NCBI GenBank assembly: GCA_965248755.1
Contig: OZ252149.1
Location: 2,304,001-2,368,000 of the forward strand
Direction of reading: 5' to 3'
Length of the DNA stretch: 64,000 nucleotides
DNA from: Candidatus Latescibacterota bacterium
Lineage (GTDB): Bacteria > Latescibacterota > CBDEFO01
Shown: positions 1-9,129 of the stretch, piece by piece
Layout of the letters: each line of letters begins with the position of its first letter
How positions within the stretch are numbered: the stretch's first letter is position 1
Program-made: the position numbers and the translations under genes
The notes under the pieces: generated by a model
The model's input: only the letters and a program-made list of their open reading frames with translations
Database searches by the model: none
What the model was told of the DNA's origin: nothing

Positions 1-869
1 GCCAGCGTTAGCGAGATGTTCATCAGGTGCGGCTGGGTAGTTACCGGTTTCGTCCATGTCACTCCCAGATCGTCGGACCAGCACACCGCCATGGGCTTGT
101 ATTCGCTAGGTAAGTGCGAATATTGCGTACGCAGCATCGCCACCATCTTTCCATTGGGCAACAGCGTGATGCTGGGTTCGCCGGCGCCGCAATATTGGCC
201 AGGAAGCTCCGGGTGCGGATCTACCGGCACATAAGCAATCGAGGCGTAGAACTCCCAGGTGCGTCCCTGATCTGTTGACCGGACGAGAATCGCCCGATGG
301 ATATTTTCGCTGTCGCCTTTGAAGTCTCCGTTCGGAAGCTGCACCATCTTGCCCTTTGAGAGGCCGGGGTTTTTGACGTCCAGAGAGGTCGGGCTGGCGT
401 TGGGTAGGTGGATCTGGACGCGTTCGAACTCCCAGGTCATCATATCGTCCGCAATGCGAACGAACATGACGTCGTACCAGCCTTCTTTGGCACTGGCCGA
501 GGGCTGCAGATCGTCCATCGGCATGATGACGCCGCCGTCGCGAAGTATGCCACTGTTCTGGCCTCCGCCCAGCTCAGGTGGAGAATCCATCTCCTGACTC
601 CACGTCAGCCCGCTATCGGTGGAGATCCGGTAAAACGCAGGCCGCGTACCGGGCTTTGGATAGAACGCCGCCACGACGCCCGTTCGCGACACCATCACAG
701 ACGCCGTGTTCTGATTAACTAGATCGATGAGCTTGGTGGCTCGCCGACGGTGATCTTGAGGATCTCGGTCTCTTCCGCTGCCGCAGACTTTTCGGCACAA
801 CCAGCATCACGCACAACGCCCGCGAGGCAAAACATATATAGTTATTACACAAAGACAATCCCATTCCAT
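1..869 (-). pseudogene. BNR/Asp-box (sialidase-like beta-propeller) protein, frameshifted near the N-terminus and running off the window edge
   Basis: Manual minus-strand translation gives Asp-box motifs STDSGLTW, STDQGRTW and SDDLGVTW in one open frame from about 740 to 1. The ATG at 869 (after GAAAGGA) is in a frame that stops early, and there is a further frame break near 740. Confidence 0.7.
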
Positions 870-1189
870 GTCGATTCCTTTCACACTTGAAAATTAGGCC
901 AATAAACTTGTATCACACTCACATACGAATTGCCCGGGGTAGAAAATCCTCACCTGTCTACTTTACAGTAGAGATTTTCACCAGGCATAGAAGGTCCGCC
1001 TTCTCTCAGAACATAGATCCATTGAAAAACCCGCGGTATCGTTGGAATTTTGTTGCCGTCTCCATCTTTTCCACGAGGACCGTCGATGCTTGGGCGTAAA
1101 GTCGGTCTGGCAACGCATATCCCCACAGGTCATGGCGGGATATACCTCCACCAACAGAATCAGGTGTTGCGCATCATCCCGGCCTACTC

Positions 1190-1429
1190 TTACGGCAAAC
1201 GCCAGCGAACCACTTCACAATTGAAGAGTTTTCCCGATTCTCCTTCGTCAGGCCGCCAATAGGAATAACTGGTCACAAGAGTCCCGTCGTCGAGCTCGAC
1301 AGTGTTGCCGAAACCATGGCCCAAGCAGATGTTGCCCATGCGGGCCTTTTCCTGGCCTCGGTGGAAACCGATTTTATTGCGGGTGTTGCACTACCCATAG
1401 ATGGCGGTATGACTTTTCGAATGGGTTAA
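1190..1429. pseudogene. Fused gene remnants: C-terminus of a sialidase-like protein (-, 1190-1339) and C-terminus of an SDR oxidoreductase (+, about 1346-1429)
   Basis: Minus strand reads GFGNTVELDDGTLVTSYSY...VVRWRLP*. Plus strand reads LFLASVETDFIAGVALPIDGGMTFRMG*, a typical SDR C-terminus. Confidence 0.55.
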
Positions 1430-1726
1430 CCAGAAATTATTTGTTCAATACTGATTAAGTCCAAAGGGTCGAAATAAGACACAACACATGGCGAGGTAGT
1501 TGTGTGGCCGGGACGTGTATTGTCTCAGTAGGGTTTTGGGATCGTACGCAAGGGACCGCTAGAGCCGAGGACGTTCAAGATGGCAGGCGCCCATTAGAAA
1601 GTTATATAAACCGATTCAAACGCCAGAAGGGCGATCATATTTGACCTACATTGAGGTCCAGCGATCTATCAGCGCTAAGTGTTATCCCCCAATAGAATTG
1701 GAAACCGTTCCGTTTGAAGCTGGCAC

Positions 1727-2554
1727 CTAGAATTGGATCGCCTTAAATTCTTTCATTTGTTCTGTGATAGCGATTTCCGTAGGCAAGCGCTCCATGCTGG
1801 AGGCGCCATAGAATCCATGTACCCCTTCGGTGTTTTTTAAGACGTATTCGGCATCATCTGGCATGGAAATTGGACCACCATGACAAAGGCACACAACATC
1901 CGGATTCACTCGTTTGGCGGCGTCGCAAAGTTCCTGTACCTTGCTCGGCGCTTCTTCCAGAGTCAACGCAGTGCTCGCACCGATTGAACCTTTAGTGGTC
2001 AAGCCCATGTGTGCCACCACGACATCTGCATTAGCTTCGGCCATAGCCTTGGCTTCATCAACATTGAAAATATAGGGCGTAGTAAATAGATTCAGTTGGT
2101 TGGCTTGGCGAATCATATCGACCTCAAGGCCGAATCCCATTCCGGTTTCTTCCAAATTTTGTCGGAACATCCCGTCGCAAAGCCCCACCGTAGGGAAGTT
2201 CTGTACTCCTGAGAATCCGGCTTCGATAATCTGTTTGAGAAACACATCCATCATCCGAAAGGGGTCTGTTCCACAAACGCCAGCTAAAACAGGTGTGTTT
2301 TTCACCACGGGCAGTATTTCATGGGCCATTTCCATGACAATGGCATTGGCATCGCCGTAGGGCATACAACCCGCCAGGGAACCGTGACCACCCATCCGGA
2401 AACGTCCGGAGTTATAGATTACGATCAAGTCTACTCCGCCGGCCTCTTCGAATTTTGCGGAAATTCCAGCGCCTGCACCACCGCCGATTATGGGCACTCC
2501 CTTGTCTATACTCGCCCGAAGGCGATCAATTACTTGCTGTCTTGTAAACGCCAT
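1727..2554 (-). CDS. Phosphoenolpyruvate hydrolase-like TIM-barrel protein
   Basis: 275 aa with [31 protein letters not shown] and [12 protein letters not shown] motifs; the usual partner of the upstream UPF0261 gene. Confidence 0.9.
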   Translation of the reverse strand: MAFTRQQVIDRLRASIDKGVPIIGGGAGAGISAKFEEAGGVDLIVIYNSGRFRMGGHGSLAGCMPYGDANAIVMEMAHEILPVVKNTPVLAGVCGTDPFRMMDVFLKQIIEAGFSGVQNFPTVGLCDGMFRQNLEETGMGFGLEVDMIRQANQLNLFTTPYIFNVDEAKAMAEANADVVVAHMGLTTKGSIGASTALTLEEAPSKVQELCDAAKRVNPDVVCLCHGGPISMPDDAEYVLKNTEGVHGFYGASSMERLPTEIAITEQMKEFKAIQF

Positions 2555-2578
2555 ACTCTTGCTCCATTCGATTGCTAA

Positions 2579-3802
2579 TCAAGCTCTGCCGGGAGGCATA
2601 AGCGCCAACAGCATGTCCACTGCCGTTTCTGCAAAGGCCGAATCATTAATATTTGCATCCAATTCCACCACTTCAATGTTCGGTCTGAGATTTTCTTTAA
2701 TCGCATCAAACATCGCTCGATCGGCTTCGGGTAACCAAAACTGATCCCCGTCGCTATCCAGTATAGACACCCCGCGGGTTGGCAAAAGAAAAGCTACCGG
2801 TCCTTGGGAAGCGTTGGCTTTCTCCGCGAAGATCTTCCCCATGGCTCTATTTTCCTCAACGTTGGTTCGCATCAATGTCACATTTGGATTCCATTGGTAG
2901 AGCTGTCGATTATTGTATTTTTCTGGGACCGATTCGATGGGCCCAAAGTTGGCCATGTCCACACATCCGGGGGCTATTAGATGAGGTATCCCGGCGCGGC
3001 CGGGCGCTGCCAGCCGGTCAGGGCCCGCACTAAAGACACCACCGCATATCTCATCAGCCCATTCTGTTGGAGTGATATCCAAAACGGCGTCGACATACCC
3101 ATCATCAACCAAACCTTCCATAGTCCGGCCGCCTGTACCGGTAGCGTGAAACACCAATACTTCATATCCTTTTTCGACCAGCGATTCGCGGCACATATTC
3201 ACGCAATCCGTGGTATTGCCGAACATACTGGCACAGACCACTGGCTTGGATTTTCCGCTGAGCGAATAATCCATTTTTGTCATACCACAGATAGCCCCGA
3301 CGGCTTCCTTAAAAACTTTCTCGCTGATCGGATTGATACCAGCGACATCAACAATTGAGGGAATCATGGTGATGTCCTTGACCCCCGTAATGATGGTGGT
3401 GTCACCTGCTGCCACGGTTGAGACCAAAACTTTGGGTGCGCCAATCGGCAAGGCTCGCATGGCACTTGAAATGACGCTGGTTCCACCGCTGCCACCCATA
3501 CCCAGCACCCCCTGAAACTTGCCTTCATCAAAATACTGCCTGGTCAGTGCGGCGGCTCCTTTGGCCATGGCTTCCATGGCTTTGCCCCGATCTTTGTCTT
3601 TCTGAAGTTTTGTGATATCCGTTCCGCCCGCTTTAGCAACCTGCGCATTGGGAATATCGGTTACAAACAAATCCGTATCACCTAAAACCCCGATGTTCAT
3701 TGTTAACACGCTACAGCCTTGGTCCTCGATTTGTTCTTTTACGAAGCAGTACTCCTCTCCTTTTACATCAAAAGCTCCAATGAGAAGAATGATCGTAGAC
3801 AT
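2579..3802 (-). CDS. Tm-1-like ATP-binding domain protein (UPF0261)
   Basis: 407 aa with GGSGGT, SMFGNTT, VFHATGTGG, PGCVDMANFG and DANIND motifs. Confidence 0.9.
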   Translation of the reverse strand: MSTIILLIGAFDVKGEEYCFVKEQIEDQGCSVLTMNIGVLGDTDLFVTDIPNAQVAKAGGTDITKLQKDKDRGKAMEAMAKGAAALTRQYFDEGKFQGVLGMGGSGGTSVISSAMRALPIGAPKVLVSTVAAGDTTIITGVKDITMIPSIVDVAGINPISEKVFKEAVGAICGMTKMDYSLSGKSKPVVCASMFGNTTDCVNMCRESLVEKGYEVLVFHATGTGGRTMEGLVDDGYVDAVLDITPTEWADEICGGVFSAGPDRLAAPGRAGIPHLIAPGCVDMANFGPIESVPEKYNNRQLYQWNPNVTLMRTNVEENRAMGKIFAEKANASQGPVAFLLPTRGVSILDSDGDQFWLPEADRAMFDAIKENLRPNIEVVELDANINDSAFAETAVDMLLALMPPGRA

Positions 3803-3840
3803 GATGAACTCCTTGAGTGGTGTACCGGGTGTTTACTTCG

Positions 3841-4581
3841 TCATCCGGGCGGGCCGGGCCCCAGGCCCATTTGATACTGGATCGCTCGGGATAGTTCACT
3901 TTCCGGATCATCCAGCTGCGTCGCGATGGAAAAATGGTTGTGGCCCAGCATCACCAGGACGTCAGGTGTCTCGCCGGAGTGAAACCAAGCTTCGGCGAGG
4001 TCATTTGACTGACGTAGATACTCTGGCCCTTCCGTCGCGCCAACTGGCAACAAAAGGGGTGAGAGACAGGTGCGCCGTTGTTTCATGGGGCTATTGCGTG
4101 CCGCGTCTTCCTCGCTGAGCTTGAGATCCTCGTTCAGAAAGCAGAGCCGGATGGGCTCGAGGTCATAAAGGTCGCTGATTCCACAACCGCCACAGATCGG
4201 CTGGACGGGCAACTCCGGGTCGAATGCGGGCCAGTCGGTCGCTATCATCATTGCAACGAGGTGCCCGCCTGCCGAGTGGCCCGAGACAAATATTTGTTCG
4301 CGGTTACCGCCGAAGCGATCTGCATTCCTCCAAATCCAAGCAAGCGCTACGCGGCACTGACGGACAAGTTCGTCAAAACTAACGTCTGGTACCAGAGCGT
4401 AGTTCACCACCACGGTGACGGCGCCGGTGTCATGGAGGCCGTATGCCACGTAGCTGAAGTTGTTCTTATGCGGTGCGCCAATATCCCCCGCGGCCGATGG
4501 GAGTTCTGGTGTCAACCATGAAGACGTCATGCTCGAAATCAAATTCAAAGCCGTCTTCGGTTTCACGGCCGAGTACCGCAC
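3841..4581 (-). pseudogene. Alpha/beta hydrolase (kynurenine formamidase/esterase-like), N-terminally degraded
   Basis: GHSAGGHL nucleophile elbow and NHF catalytic His region are present. The HGG oxyanion motif and a credible N-terminus are missing. Confidence 0.65.
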
Positions 4582-5266
4582 GAATTGCAGGGAAGATACA
4601 AAATAAGATAGCAGATGTCAATAAGAATCGGTGGTTGTCATAGGACCATTCAGTTCTCAGTTTGGAGGTGGGTGAGAATTGATAGGCCTCGATGGGTTGC
4701 TATGCTCCTACTTAAAAGCGCTTCTAAGAAAACTAAATATCCCTCAGTAATTTTGTCCGCTACTTTTCTACCAGCTTCTACTAAATTTCTACTGGAACAA
4801 GCCGAAACACCGTGAAAAACAAAGAAACATCGTAAAAGGTGAGAGGCTGTTAGCCTAAACAAAATAAAGAGTTAGGTAACAACACGAAACAGGAGGTAAA
4901 TCACTTAACTGACAGAAGATCACAGAAAGGACCGGGAGCAGATACAGGAGAAAAGACAGAAAAGGCGTGAGGAAATGGATCGACGTCAGTCCAGTCGGAA
5001 AACTGGCGGCAGATCAAGAGCCAGCTGAAGTAGGCTTCCCCGACGGCGGCTTGGCCTCGTCCCACAATGAAGACATCGAGTTGAAGACCATTAGACGAGC
5101 TGAGGTGTGAGTGAGCATTTGTGTGACGTCAGAACGGCACGGAGCTTAAGACCATGCCGCATATCACAGTTTAGTACCAGAAGATAGGGGACATCAACCT
5201 CACGAAGAAGTAGGAATGGAGTGACCCCGCCCGTACAAAGGGAAGCGTTGGAAGGAGATGTAACAG

Positions 5267-5743
5267 ATGGAGATAAGGCGTATTGTTCTGATAATCTGTG
5301 GCCTGCTCGTTCTGGCCTCCATAGGCTGCTCGGCGGCTAAAGCGGCGGGAGAAGAGGTGTTTCGGGGAATGGGCACATTTGATCAAGAGCGATTCGGGGC
5401 GATGCAGGCCCGGATGGAGGCCATGCGGGCCTTAGATATCGATTGGCTCTGGACACGACTTTCCTTCGCGCTGGAGCTGACAGAAGCGCAGGAGCAACAG
5501 GTCAGAGAGCTGCAGAAGGATCCGTGGGAGAGGCGGGAGCAGATGATGGCTGAGGCGGAAGAAAGTGGGGACGCGGACTGGGTGGCCATCGCCAACAAAT
5601 TCAGGGATATGAAGAAGAACGTGCAGGGGAAGCTGGAGGGGATCCTCACCTAGGAACAGCAGAGGCAGCTTGCAGATCTGGAGGAGCAACAGGAGGACCG
5701 GATGAGCCAGTTCCAAAGGCGAGATAGGGTTTCTCCATTCTGA
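5267..5743 (+). pseudogene. Spy/CpxP-like (LTxxQ) helical lipoprotein with an in-frame amber codon
   Basis: Signal and lipobox (LASIGC) and an LTEAQ motif. A second motif LT*EQ is broken by TAG at 5651-5653, and the frame continues 29 codons to TGA at 5741-5743. Confidence 0.65.
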
Positions 5744-5857
5744 TGAAGGCAGGCAATCTCGGCGGGACGTGGAATCTTGACGTTGTACGGAGTGCTGCCT
5801 GTCGCCCTCTGTTACGCTGAGTGAGCCGGACATTAGAGCGCTTGCTACGATCCATCC

Positions 5858-5890
5858 AAACAAGAGCCCCCTACGTTTCGCAGGGGGCTC
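5858..5890 (-). terminator. Intrinsic terminator closing the repeat/ncRNA array
   Basis: Minus strand GAGCCCCCUGC-GAAAC-GUAGGGGGCUC hairpin (one G-U pair) followed by UUGUUU. Confidence 0.75.
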
Positions 5891-7190
5891 ATTATACCGG
5901 ACATCCCCGTTCACACCCGTTTAGCAGTTCACCTAATCTGTAAGACATACTACCCAGGGTTATTCAGTCTTCTCAGATGTTGCGATCCAACAAGTTCAGC
6001 ACTGCTTCAAGCTCAGCACTAGTTGCTGAATAACCCTGGGTGACATACATTCTACTTACCTCACGGATTATGCAACAGAGATGTCCTTAACAGAAGGCCT
6101 TCACTTCCTAAAGCGTCATTACCATCAACGCTGTTACCCGAATACAGGACATTCCCGTTCACACCCGTTTACCAGTTCACCTAATCTGTAAGACATACTA
6201 CCCAGGGTTATTCAGTCTTCTCAGATGTTGCGATCCAACAAGTTCAGCACTACCTCAAGTTCAGCACCGCGGCAAGTTCAGCACCGCTTGCTGAATAACC
6301 CTGGGTGACATACATTCTACTTACCTCCGGATTATGCAACAGAGATGTCCTTAACAGAAGGCCTTCACTTCCTAAAGCGTCATTACCATCAACGCTGTTA
6401 CCCGAATACAGGACATTCCCGTTCACACCCGTTTACCAGTTCACCTAATCTGTAAGACATACTACCCAGGGTTATTCAGTCTTCTCAGATGTTGCGATCC
6501 AACAAGTTCAGCACTACCTCAAGTTCAGCACCGCTTGCTGAATAACCCTGGGTGACATACATTCTGGTATCCTACCCTACTACAAGCTCTACAAGCTGAT
6601 TTCTAATCTAATCCTAAACGTAGGGCGAAGAATACCTTGAGTCGATCAGGTGTCGTATCGTCGTATGCAAAACTCACAATACGACACATCAGTAGTCCCA
6701 TGGACTGGACATTCTACTTACCTCCGGATTATGAAAGCAGTTCACCTAATCTGTAAGACATACTACCCAGGGTTATTCAGTCTTCTCTGATGTTGCGATC
6801 CAACAAGTTCAGCACTGCCTCAAGTTCATCACCGCGGCAAGTGTAGCACTACCTCAAGTTCATCACCGCGTCAAGTGTAGCACTGCTTCAAGTTCAGCAC
6901 TTGTTGCTGAATAACCCTGGATGACATAGATCCAGGTATCTTACCCTACAAGTCCTACAAGCTGATTTCTAATCTAATCCTAAACGTAGGGTGAAAAATA
7001 CCTTGCGTTGATCAGGTGTCGTATCGTCGTCTTCGAAACTCGCAATACGACACCTCAGTAGACGGGTGGACTGGACATACTACTTACCTCCGGATTATGA
7101 ACCAGGAATGTCCAACGAGAAGGCCTCTACTTCCTAAAGCGTCATTACCATCAACGCTGTTACCTGATATATTGGGCCTTCACTTAGATA
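5891..7190 (-). ncRNA. Putative modular structured ncRNA array (4x hairpin A with 2/3/2/6 17-nt units, 3x module B, 2x hairpin C, 2x hairpin D, 4x GGAGGUAAGUAG linker)
   Basis: Tandem blocks start at 5899, 6147 and 6411 (periods 248 and 264 nt). Stems of 14-16 bp, compensatory and wobble changes between copies, no long ORF, and a terminator at the 3' end. Confidence 0.65.
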
Positions 7191-7270
7191 GTCACATTAA
7201 ACCGTTAAATTCTTTCAAAAAAATTCATAAAATAACATATCCACGTACTAAGTCTTGGATATCAGTTGAG

Positions 7271-7798
7271 TTACAGATAATATTGCAGACCTGCTTTCAA
7301 AGCCTCCTTTTCAAATTTCTTCGTTGCCCTGGCTATCCACGTTGCTACAGTGCCTTCAGGCACCTTCATCTCCTCAGCTATCTCTCGGTAAGAAAGTTCA
7401 CGACATCGTAGTGTTAAGACTTCTGCCTCTTTCGGTTTCAGACGGGATAGAAGAATCTCTTGAACTAACGACTTCAGCTCATCTTTTTCAAGCAACCGAT
7501 CGGGTTGGTTGTCCTCATCGTCAGCGACATTATCATCCAGTTCGCAAAATCTGCCCTTGTTACGGTAAAGGTCCTTTGCTCCGTTTACGCACGCTGTTAT
7601 AAGGTAAGCTTCAAGATTCTGGATTTCTTCCAGATTTTTCTGAAGCGCATAGCAGATAACCTTTTGCGTTACCTCTCTTGCTTCATCATCAGTACTTGTG
7701 TATCCCCTTGTTATGTGGAAGAATTTGTCGAGGAACTCTCTGTCCTTGAGTAAGTCAGAGATGGACGGGGAGCCATTAGGTAGTGTCCGTCTCACCAT
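7271..7798 (-). CDS. ECF-type (sigma-70 family) RNA polymerase sigma factor, divergent
   Basis: 175 aa from ATG 7798 after an AAGGAG RBS. Sigma2-like EAREVTQ...NLEAYLITACVNGAKDLYR and sigma4 HTH LSYREIAEEMKVPEGTVATWIARA. Confidence 0.88.
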   Translation of the reverse strand: MVRRTLPNGSPSISDLLKDREFLDKFFHITRGYTSTDDEAREVTQKVICYALQKNLEEIQNLEAYLITACVNGAKDLYRNKGRFCELDDNVADDEDNQPDRLLEKDELKSLVQEILLSRLKPKEAEVLTLRCRELSYREIAEEMKVPEGTVATWIARATKKFEKEALKAGLQYYL

Positions 7799-7886
7799 TT
7801 CTTTCTCCTTTCGATGATGCCAAGCGTCTACAAAAGATGACTTTACGCAATTGGCAGCGTGGGTTTCAGAAAGGCGGGTACACAAC

Positions 7887-7915
7887 AGTATACTCCCTTA
7901 TTAAACTTCCTACAA
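7887..7915 (-). promoter_or_regulatory. Sigma70-like promoter upstream of the ECF gene
   Basis: TTGTAG-N17-TATACT on the minus strand. Confidence 0.45.
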
Positions 7916-7976
7916 AACTAAACACATCATCAAGACATGGAGATTCCTTTATAATACAAAGAACAGATTTACGACT

Positions 7977-8585
7977 TTAACCTAATTCGGGATATTCTCT
8001 TCCCTCCCTAAGATCGTTTACAAATATCAGCAGATCGTGAGAATGCTCCTTCAAGTCCACAACTTGGTCGGGGAGTGTCGCCACCTGTGTATAACCTATA
8101 TCCAGGAACATCTGAATAGCCCCATGTTGTTCCACCATACACTCAGCCCTTAATCTGTCCAAGCCGGTGTGCATGGCTATTTCCGTCAACTCGCCCAAAA
8201 GCAGACCTGCTAGACCTCGGCGTCTGTAGTCAGGATGCACGACCGTCCGAACCTGTCCCGTGTGCCTCATCCAGCCCATCCTGTGATGATGCAGTGAAGC
8301 TTCCCCTATAATCTTCCTCTCAAGTTTTGCTACTAAAGGGATAACTCTACTTAGATCTACATTGGCGCACCATCCGTCAATGACAGACTCATCCGTCACA
8401 TCGTCCCTCAGGAACATCCTGTCCCTTGCCGGAATCTGGAGGAAGAATTGCATAAGTTCCTCCTTATCCCAGCTCTCCAATAACTTTATCGTAACTTCAG
8501 TACCGTCCTTCAAAGTCTCCACCTTCGGATATATATCCCCGAAGACTTCATCTAAATAGCTATCTGATAGAGTCTCCTGCAGCAT
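7977..8585 (-). CDS. GNAT family N-acetyltransferase
   Basis: 202 aa with the VHPDYRRRGLAG acetyl-CoA binding motif and an LKDGTEVTIK N-terminus; AGGAGG RBS. Confidence 0.88.
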   Translation of the reverse strand: MLQETLSDSYLDEVFGDIYPKVETLKDGTEVTIKLLESWDKEELMQFFLQIPARDRMFLRDDVTDESVIDGWCANVDLSRVIPLVAKLERKIIGEASLHHHRMGWMRHTGQVRTVVHPDYRRRGLAGLLLGELTEIAMHTGLDRLRAECMVEQHGAIQMFLDIGYTQVATLPDQVVDLKEHSHDLLIFVNDLREGREYPELG

Positions 8586-8719
8586 TTTGTCACCTCCTGG
8601 TTACTTGCGCTATAGTGGGTTTTAACACCCTAACAGTTTCTCTTAAGTGTCTTCCGTAATGGCCGAATTTTCCCGATCATCAAAGGAGATTTTGGTACGT
8701 TCCGTGGAAACTTCCTGAT

Positions 8720-9082
8720 CTACTCACAGGAAACTTCTATCTCCGCCGGCTCTCCTAACATAAAAAGAGCGACGATACTGCCTGTTAAGGAACTAATCGC
8801 TGTTTGAACGTCAACAACCTTGCGCCCCATAGTCTCCACGATCACATCTTCCAGATATTGGCGGGGACCCTCAAAAAGAAGCGCATTAAACTCCCTTAGG
8901 AGATTTTGGCCCTTCTGGCTTAAGGCCAGATGTTTTTCAGCAGGAGAGAGCATCTCTTTGAGATGGACGACGATCATATCCTCCTCTATCAGGACAGTTG
9001 CTTTCCTGGGGACTATTCCCATCTGTAATTCCTGAAATTTAGTGATCTCCTCACAAATAGCATCTTTAAGATCAGCGTTCAC
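8720..9082 (-). CDS. DUF2294 / MpsC-family protein
   Basis: 120 aa paralogue of 12224-12631 (EEITKFQ...MG..P...DMIVVHLKEMLSPAE...TG). Confidence 0.8.
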   Translation of the reverse strand: MNADLKDAICEEITKFQELQMGIVPRKATVLIEEDMIVVHLKEMLSPAEKHLALSQKGQNLLREFNALLFEGPRQYLEDVIVETMGRKVVDVQTAISSLTGSIVALFMLGEPAEIEVSCE

Positions 9083-9129
9083 GGTTTGTCCCTTTCTCTA
9101 ACAATAGATGAATACTCTATGACTGCTTC

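Noticed and set aside
16..1262. Short + strand ORFs from the track
   Set aside because: Those up to about 720 are antisense to the minus-strand sialidase-like frame, and none has recognisable motifs.
5651..5653. Pyrrolysine or programmed amber readthrough (and selenocysteine at 27000)
   Set aside because: Both are explained by single-base changes (GAG to TAG, TGG to TGA) in decaying accessory genes. Neither has a catalytic context or recoding genes in the window.
5990..6905. Plasmid iteron origin
   Set aside because: The 17-bp units are split among four hairpin-enclosed clusters and no rep gene is nearby. Not fully excluded.
5891..7190. CRISPR or TIGR-type array
   Set aside because: There is no constant repeat alternating with unique 25-45 nt spacers. 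The variable parts are only 5 nt or whole reused modules, and no cas or Nop-domain gene is in the window.
5891..7411. Protein-coding tandem repeat, including track ORF 7016-7411 (+)
   Set aside because: Periods of 17, 248 and 264 nt do not keep a consistent frame and stops are frequent. ORF 7016-7411 is antisense to the ECF and has no recognisable motif.
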